NCBI GenBank assembly: GCA_964016885.1
Contig: OZ024741.1
Location: 72,664,001-72,728,000 of the forward strand
Length of the DNA stretch: 64,000 nucleotides
Direction: 5' to 3'
Source: Eledone cirrhosa
Lineage: Eukaryota
The position numbers and the translations under genes were made by a program. Shown one piece after another: positions 54,601-64,000 of the stretch. The notes under the pieces are model-generated. The model made no database searches, was not told where the DNA came from, and worked only from the letters and a program-made list of their open reading frames with translations. Position 1 is the stretch's first letter, and every line of letters starts with the position of its first letter.

Positions 54601-57600
54601 TTAGTTGTTGTTAATTTAGTTGTTGTTGTTACTTTAGTTGTTGTTGATAGGTTAATTGTTGTTGTGACTTTAGTTGTTGTTGATAGTTCATTGGTTATTA
54701 CTTTAGATGTTGTTACTTTAGTTGTTGTTGTTACTTTAGTTGTTGATGTTACATTAGTTGCTGTTACTACAGTTGTCGTTGATAGTTTAGTTGCTGTTGT
54801 TACTTTAGTTGTTGTTGTTACTTTAGTTGTTGTTGTTACTTTAGTTTTTGTTGTTTCTTTAGTTGTTGTTACTTTACTTGTTGTTGATAGTTTAGTTGTT
54901 GTTGTTGCTTTAGTTGTTGTTGTTACTTTAGTTGTTGTTGTTACTATAGTTGTTGATAGTTTAGTTGTTGTTGTTACTTTAGTTGTTCTTGATAGTTTAG
55001 TTGATGTTGTTACTTTAGTTGTTGTTGTTATTTTAGTTGTTATTATTACTATAGTTGTTGTTGATAGTTTAGTTTTTGTTGTTACTTTAGTTGTTGTTAC
55101 TTTAGTTGTTGTTGTTACTTTAGTTGTTGTTGATAGTTTAGTTGTTGCTGTTACTTTAGTTGTTGTTCCTTTAGTTGTTGTGACTTTAGTTGTTGTTGAT
55201 AGCTTAATTGTTGTTGTTCCTTTAGTCGTTGTTACTTTAGTAGTTGTTGATTCTTTAGTTGTTGTTGTTACTTTAGTTGTTGTTATTTCTTTAGTTGTTG
55301 TTGATAGTTTAGTTGTTGCTGTTACTTTAGTTGTTGCTGATAGTTCAGTTGTTGTTGTTACGTTAGTTGTTGTTGTTCCTTTAGTTGTTGTTACTTTAGT
55401 TGTTGTTGTTGTTTCTTTAGTTGTTGTTGTTACTTTAGTTGTTGTTGTTACTTTAGTTGTTGTTGATAATTTAGTTGTTGTTGTTACTTTAGTTGTTGTT
55501 GATAGTTTAGTTTATTGATGATATTTTAGTTGTTGTTGTAACTTTAGTTGTTGTTGATACTTTCGTTGTTGTTTTTCCTTTAGTTGTTGTTTATAGTTTT
55601 TTTGTTGTTGTTACTTTAGTTGTTGCTGATAGTTTAGTTTTGTAGTTACTTTAGTTGTTGTTTTTACTTTAGTTATTGTTGATAGATTAGTTGTTGTTGT
55701 TACTTAAGTTGTTGTTGTCACTTTACTTTAGTTGTTGTTACTTTAGTTGTTGTTGTTGTTTCTTTAGTTGTTGTTGTTCCTTTAGTTGTTGTTACTTTAG
55801 TTGTTGTTGTTGTTTCTTTAGTTGTTGTTGTTACTTTAGTTGTTGCTGTTACTTTAGTTGTTGCTGATAGTTCAGTTGTTGTTGTTACGTTAGTTGTTGT
55901 TGTTCCTTTAGTTGTTGTTACTTTAGTTGTTGTTGTTGTTTCTTTAGTTGTTGTTGTTAATTTAGTTGTTGTTGTTACTTTAGTTGTTGTTGATAATTTA
56001 GTTGTTGTTGTTACTTTAGTTGTTGTTGATAGTTTAGTTTATTGATGATAGTTTAGTTGTTGTTGTTACTTTAGTTGTTGTTGATACTTTAGTTGTTGTT
56101 TTTCCTTTAGTTGTTGTTTATAGTTTTTTTGTTGTTGTTACTTTAGTTGTTGCTGATAGTTTAGTTTTGTAGTTACTTTAGTTGTTGGTTTTACTTTAGT
56201 TATTGTTGATAGATTAGTTGTTGTTGTTACTTTAGTTGTTGTTGTCACTTTACTTTAGTTGTTGTTGATATTCTAGTTGTTGTTGTGGCTTTAGTTGTTG
56301 TTGATACTTTAGTTGTTGTTACTTTAGTTGTTGTTGGTACGTTAGTTGTTATTGTTACTTTAGTTGTTGTTGTTACTTTAGTTGTTGTTGTTACTGTAGT
56401 TGTTGTTGTTACTATAGTTGTTGTTGCTAGTTTAGTTGTTGTTAATTTAGTTGTTGTTGTTACTTTAGTTGTTGTTGATAGGTTAATTGTTGTTGTGACT
56501 TTAGTTGTTGTTGATAGTTTATTGGTTATTACTTTAGATGTTGTTACTTTAGTTGTTGTTGTTACTTTAGTTGTTGATGTTACATTAGTCGCTGTTACTA
56601 CAGTTGTCGTTGATAGTTTAGTTGCTGTTGTTACTTTAGTTGTTGTTGTTACTTTAGTTGTTGTTGTTACTTTAGTTTTTGTTGTTTCTTTAGTTGTTGT
56701 TACTTTACTTGTTGTTGATAGTTTAGTTGTTGTTGTTGCTTTAGTTGTTGTTGTTACTTTAGTTGTTGTTGTTACTATAGTTGTTGATAGTTTAGTTGTT
56801 GTTGTTACTTTAGTTGTTCTTGATAGTTTAGTTGATGTTGTTACTTTAGTTGTTGTTGATACTTTAGTTGTTGTTACTTTAGTTGTTGTTGTTATTTTAG
56901 TTGTTATTATTACTATAGTTGTTGTTGATAGTTTAGTTTTTGTTGTTACTTTAGTTGTTGTTACTTTAGTTGTTGTTGTTACTTTAGTTGTTGTTGATAG
57001 TTTAGTTGTTGCTGTTACTTTAGTTGTTGTTCCTTTAGTTGTTGTGACTTTAGTTGTTGTTGATAGCTTAATTGTTGTTGTTCCTTTAGTCGTTGTTACT
57101 TTAGTAGTTGTTGATTCTTTAGTTGTTGTTGTTACTTTAGTTGTTGTTATTTCTTTAGTTGTTGTTGATAGTTTAGTTGTTGTTGTTGCTTTAGTTATTG
57201 TTACTTTAGTTGTTGTTGTTACTTTAGTTGTTTTTGATAGTTTAGTTGTTGTTGATACTTTAGTTGTTGTTTTTCCTTTAGTTGTTGTTTATAGTTTTTT
57301 TGTTGTTGTTACTTTAGTTGTTGCTGATAGTTTAGTTTTGTAGTTACTTTAGTTGTTGTTTTTACTTTAGTTATTGTTGATAGATTAGTTGTTGTTGTTA
57401 CTTTAGTTGTTGTTGTCACTTTACTTTAGTTGTTGTTACTTTAGTTGTTGTTGTTGTTTCTTTAGTTGTTGTTGTTCCTTTAGTTGTTGTTACTTTAGTT
57501 GTTGTTGTTGTTTCTTTAGTTGTTGTTGTTACTTTAGTTGTTGCTGTTACTTTAGTTGTTGCTGATAGTTCAGTTGTTGTTGTTACGTTAGTTGTTGTTG

Positions 57601-58050
57601 TTCCTTTAGTTGTTGTTACTTTAGTTGTTGTTGTTGTTTCTTTAGTTGTTGTTGTTACTTTAGTTGTTGTTGTTATTTTAGTTGTTGTTGATAATTTAGT
57701 TGTTGTTGTTACTTTAGTTGTTGTTGATAGTTTAGTTTATTGATGATATTTTAGTTGTTGTTGTAACTTTAGTTGTTGTTGATACTTTAGTTGTTGTTTT
57801 TCCTTTAGTTGTTGTTTATAGTTTTTTTGTTGTTGTTACTTTAGTTGTTGCTGATAGTTTAGTTTTGTAGTTACTTTAGTTGTTGTTTTTACTTTAGTTA
57901 TTGTTGATAGATTAGTTGTTGTTGTTACTTTAGTTGTTGTTGTCACTTTACTTTAGTTGTTGTTACTTTAGTTGTTGTTGATAGTTTAGTCGTTGTTATT
58001 ACTTTAGTTGTTGTTGATAGTTTAGTTGTTGTTGTTAATTTAGTTTTGTT
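51680..58050. repeat. Higher-order repeat mosaic with ~1.8-kb and ~0.53-kb periods
   Basis: GTCACTTTAC occurs at 52067, 53301, 53875, 54413, 55717, 56244, 57415 and 57942. Near-identical ORFs start at 54454 and 56285 (offset 1831). Confidence 0.85.
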
Positions 58051-60066
58051 GGTTCTTTAGTTGTTCTTGTTACTTTAGTTTTTGTTGTTACTTTAGTTGT
58101 TGTTGATAGTTTAATTGTTTTTGTTACTTTAGTTGTTGTTCCTTTAGTTGTTGTTATTTTAATTGTTGTTGTGACTTTAGTTGTTGTCGTTAGTTTAGTT
58201 GTTGTTGTTACTTTAGTTGTTGTTGATAGTTTAGTTGTTGCTAATTTAGTTGTTGTTGTTACTTTAGTTGTTGTTGTTACTTTAATTGTTGTTGTTACTT
58301 TAGTTGTTGTTGTTAGTTTAGTTGTTGCTACTTTAGTTGTTGTTGTTAGTTTAGTTGTTTGTGTTACTTTACTTGTTGTTGTTAATTTAGTTGTTGTTAC
58401 TTTAGTTGTTGTTGTTACCTTAGTTCTTGTTACTTTAGTTGTTGTTGTTACTATAGTTGTTGTTAATAGTTTAGTTGTTATTGTTACTTTAGATGTTGTT
58501 ACTTTAGTTGTTGTTGTTACTTTAGTTGTTGATGTTACTTTAGTTGTTGTTACTATAGTTGTTGTTGATAGTTTAGTTGTTGTTACTTTAGTTGTTGTTG
58601 ATACTTTAGTTGTTGTTGTTACTTTAGTTGTTGTTGTTACTTTAGTTGTTGTTACTTTAGTTGCTGTTGTTACTTTAGTTGTTGTTACTTTAGTTGTTGT
58701 TGATATTTTAGTTGTTGTTGTTACTTTAGTTGTTGTTGTTACTTTGGGTGTTGTTGATATTTTAGTTGTTGTTGTTGCTTTAGTTGTTGTTGATACTTTA
58801 GTTGTTGTTACTTTAGTTGTTGTTGGTACGTTAGTTGTTATTGTTACTTTAGTTGTTGTTGTTACTTTAGTTGTTGTTGTTACTGTAGTTGTTGTTGTTA
58901 CTATAGTTGTTGTTGATAGTTTAGTTGTTGTTAATTTAGTTGTTGTTGTTACTTTAGTTGTTGTTGATAGGTTAATTGTCGTTGTGACTTTAGTTGTTGT
59001 TGATAGTTTATTTGTAATTACTTTAGATGTTGTTACTTTAGTTGTTGTTGTTACTTTAGTTGTTGATGTTACATTAGTTGTTGTTACTACAGTTGTTGTT
59101 GAGAGTTTAGTTGTTGTTGTTACTTTAGTTGTTGTTGTTACTTTAGTTGTTGTTGTTACTTTAGTTTTTGTTGTTACTTTAGTTGTTGTTACTTTAGTTG
59201 TTGTTGCATTTTTAGTTGTTGTTAATTTAATTGTTGTTGTGACTTTAGTTGTTGTTGATAATTTAGTTGTTGTTGTTACGTTAGTTGTTATTGTTACTTT
59301 ATTTGTTGTTGATAGTTTAGTTGTTGTTACTTTAGTTGTTGTTGTTACTTTAGTTGTTGTTGATAGTTTAGTTGGTGTTGTTGCTTTTGTTGTTGTTGTT
59401 ACTTTAGTTGTTGATAGTTTAGTTGTTGCTTTAGTTGTTGTTGTTACTTTAGTTGTTGTTGTTACTTTAGTTGTTGTTGGTAGTTTAGTTGTTGTTGTTA
59501 CTTTAGTTGTTGTTGTTACTTTAGTTGTTGTTGATAGTTTAGTTGTTGTTGCTTTAGTTGTTGTTGTTACTTTAGTTGTTGTTGTTACTTTAGTTGTTGT
59601 TGATAGTTTAGTTGTTGTTGCTTTAGTTGTTGGTGTTACTTTAGTTGTTGTTGTTACTTTAGTTGTTGTTGTTACTTTAGTTGTTATTGTTACTTTAGTT
59701 GTTGTTGTTACTTTAGTTGTTGTTAATTTAGTTGTTGTTAATAGTTTAGTTGTTGTTACTTTAGATGTTGTTGTTACTTTAGTTGTTGTTGTTACTTTAG
59801 TTGTTGTTATTACTTTAGTTGTTGTTGATAGTTTAGTTGTTATTGTTACTTTAGTTGTTGTTACTTTAGTTGTTGTTGTTACATTAGTTGTTGTTGTTAC
59901 ATTAGTTGTTGTTGTTACTTTAGTTGTTGTTGTTACTTTAGTTGTTGTTGTTACTTTAGTTGTTGTTAATTTAGTTGTTGTTAATAGTTTAGTTGTTGTT
60001 ACTTTAGATGTTGTTGTTACTTTAGTTGTTGTTGAAAGTTTAGTTGTTGTTGTTACTTTAGTTGTC
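58050..60066 (-). other. ~2-kb stop-free Thr/Lys-rich frame absent from the ORF track; coding status unproven
   Basis: The 904-aa + ORF 58171-60885 shows there is no frameshift. Its only Tyr codons (minus-strand TAA) are at about 60070 and 60755. Confidence 0.2.
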
Positions 60067-63000
60067 GTTTATAGTTTAGTTGTTGTTGTTACTTTAGTTG
60101 TTGTTGTTACAGTAGTTGTTGTTGTTACTTTAGTTGTAGTTACTTTAGTTGTTGTTGTTACTTTAGTTGTTGTTGTTACTTTAGTTGTTGTTACTTTAGT
60201 TGTTGTTGTTACTTTAGTTGTTGTCGATAGTTTAGTTGTTGTTGTTACTTTAGTTGTTGTTGTTACTTTAGTTGTAGTTACTTTAGTTGTTGTTGTTACT
60301 TTAGTTGTTGTTGTTACTTTAGTTGTTGTTGTTACTTTAGTTGTTGTTGTTACTTTAGTTGTTGTCGTCAATTTAGTTGTTGTTGTTATATTAGTTGTTG
60401 TTGTTACTTTAGTTGTTGTTACTTTAGTTGTTGTTGATATTTTAGTTGTTGTTGTTACTTTAGTTGTTGTTACTTTAGTTGTTGTTTTTACTTTAGTTGT
60501 TGTTGATAGTTTAGTTGTTGGTGTTGCTTTAGTTATTGTTAATAGTTTAGGTGTTGTTGTTACTTTAGTTGTTGTTGTTACTGTAGTTGTTGTTGTTACT
60601 TTAGTTGTTGTTACATTAGTTGTTGTTGTTACTTTAGTTGTTGTTGTTACTTTAGTTGTTGTTGTTAGATTAGTTGTTGTTGTTACTTTAGTTGTTGTTG
60701 TTACTTTAGTTGTTGTTGATAGTTTAGTTGTTGTTATTACTTTACTTGTCGTTTATAGTTTAGTTGTTCTTGATAGTATAGTTGTTGTTGTTGCTTTAGT
60801 TGTTGTTGTTAATTTACTTGTTGTAGATAATTTAGATGTTGTTAATTTAATTGTTGTTGTTACTTTAGTTTTGTTGATAGGTTAGTTGTTGTTGTTACTT
60901 TAGTTGTTGTTGTAACATTAGTTGTTGTTGTTACTTTAGTTGTTGTTGTTATTTAGTTGTTGTTGATAGTTTAGTTGTTGTTGTTACTTTAGTTGTTGTT
61001 GTTACTTTAGGTGTTGTTGTTACTTTAGTTGTTGTTGTTACTTTAGTTGTTGTTGATAGTTTAGTTGTTGGTGTTGCTTTAGTTATTGTTGATAGTTTAG
61101 GTGTTGTTGTTAATTTAGTAGTTGTTGTTACCGTAGTTGTTGTTGTTACTTTAGTAGTTGTTACTTTAGTTGTTGTTACTTTAGTTGTTGTTGTTACTTT
61201 AGTTGTTGTTGATAGTTTAGTTGTTGTTGTTACTTTAGTTGTTGTTACTTTAGTTGTTGTTAATAGTTTAGTTGTTGTTGTTACTTTAGTTGTTGTTGAA
61301 AGTTTAGTTGTTGTTGTTACTTTAGTTGTCGTTGATAGTTTAGTTGTTGTTGTTACTTTAGTTGTTGTTGTTACTTTAGTTGTCGTTTATAGTTTAGTTG
61401 TTGTTGTTACTTTAGTTGTCGTTGATAGTTTAGTTGTTGTTGTTACTTGAGTTGTTGTTGTTACTTTAGTTGTTGTTGTTACTTAAGTTGTGGAACTTTA
61501 GTTGTAGTTACTTTAGTTGTTGTTGATAGTATAGTTGTTGTTGTTGCTTTAGTTGTTGTTGTTACTTTAGTTGTTGTAGAAAATTTAGATGTTGTTGTTA
61601 ATTTAGTTGTTGTTGCTACTTTAGTTTTGTTGATAGTTTAGTTGTTGTTGTTACTTTAGTTGTTGTTGTTACATTAGTTGTTGTTGTTACTTTAGTTGTT
61701 GTTGTTACTTTAGTTGATGTTGATAGTTTAGTTGTTGTTGTTACTTTAGTTGTTGTTGTTAATTTAGTTGTTGTGGAAATATAGTTGTTGTTACTTTAGT
61801 TGATGTTGATAGTTTAGTTGTTGTTGTTACTGTAGTTGTTGTTACTTTAGTTGTTGTTACTTTAGTTGTTGTTGTTACTTTAGTTGTTGTTGAAAGTTTA
61901 GTTGTTGTTGTTACTTTAGTTGTCGTTTATAGTTTAGTTGTTGTTGTTACTTTAGTTGTCGTTGATAGTTTAGTTGTTGTTGTTACTTTAGTTGTTGTTG
62001 TTACTTTAGTTGTTGTTGTTACTTTAGTTGTTGTTTTTACTTTAGTTGTTGTTGATAGTTTAGTTGTTGGTGTTACTTTAGTTGTTGTTGTTACTGTAGT
62101 TGTTGTTGTTAGTTTAGTTGTAGTTACTTTAGTTGTTGTTGTTACTTTAGTTGTTGTTGTTACTTTAGTTGTTGTTGTTATTTTAGTTGTTGTCGATAGT
62201 TTAGTTGTTGTTGTTACTTTAGTTGTTGTTGTTACTTTAGTTGTTGTTACTTTAGTTGTTGTTGTTACTTTAGTTGTTGTTGTTACTTTAGTTGTTGTTG
62301 TTACTTTAGTTGTTGTTGTTACTTTAGTTGTTGTTGTCAATTTAGTTGTTGTTGTTATATTAGTTGTTGTTGTTACTTTAGTTGTTGTTGTTACTTTAGT
62401 TGTTGTTGATATTTTAGTTGTTGTTGTTACTTTAGTTGTTGTTGTTACTTTAGTTGTTGTTGATACTTTAGTTGTTGTTGTTACTTTAGTTGTTGTTGTT
62501 ACTTTAGTTGTTGTTGTTACTTTAGTTGTTGTTGATAGTATAGTTGTTGTTGTTGCTTTAGTTGTTGTTGTTACTTTAGTTGTTGTAGATAGTTTAGTTG
62601 TTGTTAATTTAGTTGTTGTTGTTACTTTAGTTTTGTTGATAGTTTAGTTGTTGTTGTTACTTTAGTTGTTGTTGTTACTTTAGTTGTTGTTACTTTCGTT
62701 GTTGTTGTTACTTTAGTTGTTGTTGTTACTTTAGTTGTTGTTGATAGTATAGTTGTTGTTGTTGCTTTAGTTGTTGTTGTTACTTTAGTTGTTGTTGTTA
62801 CTTTAGTTGTTGTTGTTACTTTAGTTGTTGTAGATAGTTTATATGTTGTTGTTAATTTAGTTGTTGTTGTTACTTTAGTTTTGATGATAGTTTAGTTGTT
62901 GTTGTTACTTTAGTTGTTCTTGTTACTTTAGTTGTTGTTGTTACTTTAGTTGTTGTTGTTACTTTAGTTGTTGTTGATAGTTTAGGTGTTGGTGTTGCTT

Positions 63001-64000
63001 TAGTTATTGTTGATAGTTTAGGTGTTGTTGTTAATTTAGTTGTTGTTGTTACCGTAGTTGTTGTTGTTACTTTAGTTGTTGTTGAAAGTTTAGTTGTTGT
63101 TGTTACTTTAGTTGTCGTTTATAGTTTAGTTGTTGTTGTTACTTTAGTCGTCGTTGATAGTTTAGTTGTTGTTGTTACTTTATTTGTTGTTGTTACTTTA
63201 GTTGTTGTTGTTACTTTAGTTGTTGTTTTTACTTTAGTTGTTGTTGAAGTTTAGTTGTTGGTGTTGCTTTATTTATTGTTAATAGTGTAGGTGTTGTTGT
63301 TACTTTAGTTGTTGTTGTTACTGTAGTTGTTGTTGTTACTTTAGTTGTTGTTACTTTAGTTGTTGTTGTTACTTTAGTTCTTGCTGTTACTTTAGTTTTG
63401 TTGATAGTTTAGTTGTTGTTGTTACTTTAGTTGTTGTTGTTACATTAGTTGTTGTTGTTACTTTAGTTGTTGTTGTTATTTAGTTGTTGTTGTTACTTTA
63501 GTTGTTGTTGATAGTTTAGTTGTTGGTGTTGCTTTAGATGTTGTTGTTAATTTAGTTGTTGTTGTTACTTTAGTTATTGTTGATAGTTTAGGTGTTGTTG
63601 TTACTTTAGATGTTGTTGTTAATTTAGTTGTTGTTGTTACTTTAGTTTTGATGATAGTTTAGTTGTTGTTAATAATTTAGTTGTTCTTGTTACTTTAGTT
63701 GTTGTTGATAGTTTAGTTGTTGTTGTTACTTTAGTTGTTGTTGTTACTTTAGTTGTTGTTGTTACTTTAGTTGTTGTTTTTACTTTAGTTGTTGTGGATA
63801 GTTTTGTTGTTGGTGTTGCTTTAGTTATTGTTAAAAGTTTAGGTGTTGTTGTTACTTTAGTTGTTGTTGTTACTGTAGTTGTTGTTGTTACTTTAGTTGT
63901 TGTTACTTTAGTTGTTGTTGTTACTTTAGTTGTTGTTGTTACTTTAGTTGTTGTTGTTACATTAGTTGTTGTTATTACTTTAGTTGTTGTTGTTACTTTA
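59900..64000. repeat. Diverged ~1.9-kb duplicated blocks in an ACT-monomer-dominated tract
   Basis: GTCAATTTAG...TTATATTAG occurs at 60367 and 62336. ACCGTAG occurs at 61130 and 63051. GAAAGTTTAG occurs at 60034, 61298, 61892 and 63084. Confidence 0.7.

Larger units (their letters stand above)
1..64000. repeat. Giant degenerate tandem satellite/minisatellite array, monomer 15-18 bp, consensus TTAGTTGTTGTTGTTACT with major variant TTAGTTGTTGTTGATAGT
   Basis: Every line consists of (GTT)n runs separated by ACTTTA, GATAGTTTA or point variants of these. Orientation never changes, and the array runs to both window edges. Confidence 0.98.

Noticed and set aside
1471-61641. Many poly-Val (VVVVTL/VVVDSL) + strand ORFs up to 904 aa
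   Set aside because: They follow automatically from GTT-based monomers with lengths divisible by 3. The products are implausibly hydrophobic, mostly have non-ATG starts and carry no domains.
1-64000. CRISPR-like repeat/spacer array
   Set aside because: There are no unique spacers or cas genes. The variable parts are only point and length variants of the monomer.
1-64000. One intact giant mucin CDS
   Set aside because: There are numerous in-frame stops (ACTTAAG, GTTTATAG, GATAGTTAAG on the + strand) and 1-bp indels, replicated across duplicated blocks. No N- or C-terminal unique sequence is present.
1-64000. Simple (GTT)n microsatellite or pure sequencing artefact
   Set aside because: GTT runs rarely exceed 4-5 units and are regularly punctuated. 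Rare variants recur collinearly with private differences, as expected for real evolving repeats, although copy number needs read validation.
1-64000. Hairpins, G-quadruplexes, tRNA/rRNA, transposon ends, promoters
   Set aside because: There are no inverted segments and almost no G-runs on either strand, and there is no complex sequence to support any of these.

Overview
The whole 64-kb window is one uninterrupted, single-orientation degenerate tandem repeat with no unique sequence. The monomer is TTAG(TTG)2-3 plus a variable end. The main forms are the 18-mer TTAGTTGTTGTTGTTACT, the variant 18-mer TTAGTTGTTGTTGATAGT, 15-bp forms lacking one GTT, and a recurrent 17-bp form ending GTTAT. The + strand is extremely T/G-rich (consensus 18-mer: 11 T, 4 G, 2 A, 1 C). 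One minus-strand frame reads as a mucin-like Thr/Lys repeat (KVTTTT / KLSTTT), but it is broken by many stops and frameshifts that recur in duplicated blocks. The poly-Val + strand ORFs are its antisense shadow. Rare variants reveal nested higher-order repeats: ~2.5 kb at 4.7-11.4 kb, dispersed blocks at 16-31 kb, ~1.35 kb at 33-35.5 kb, a 5222-bp-offset duplication at 40.4-50.7 kb, a 420-bp duplication, a ~1.8/0.53-kb mosaic at 51.7-58 kb and ~1.9 kb at 60-64 kb. No RNA gene, transposase, CRISPR array or recognisable protein domain is visible. The best reading is an actively turning-over satellite, possibly derived from a mucin-type Thr-rich exon. The organism cannot be determined from the sequence. 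All coordinates were read by eye and boundaries are approximate.
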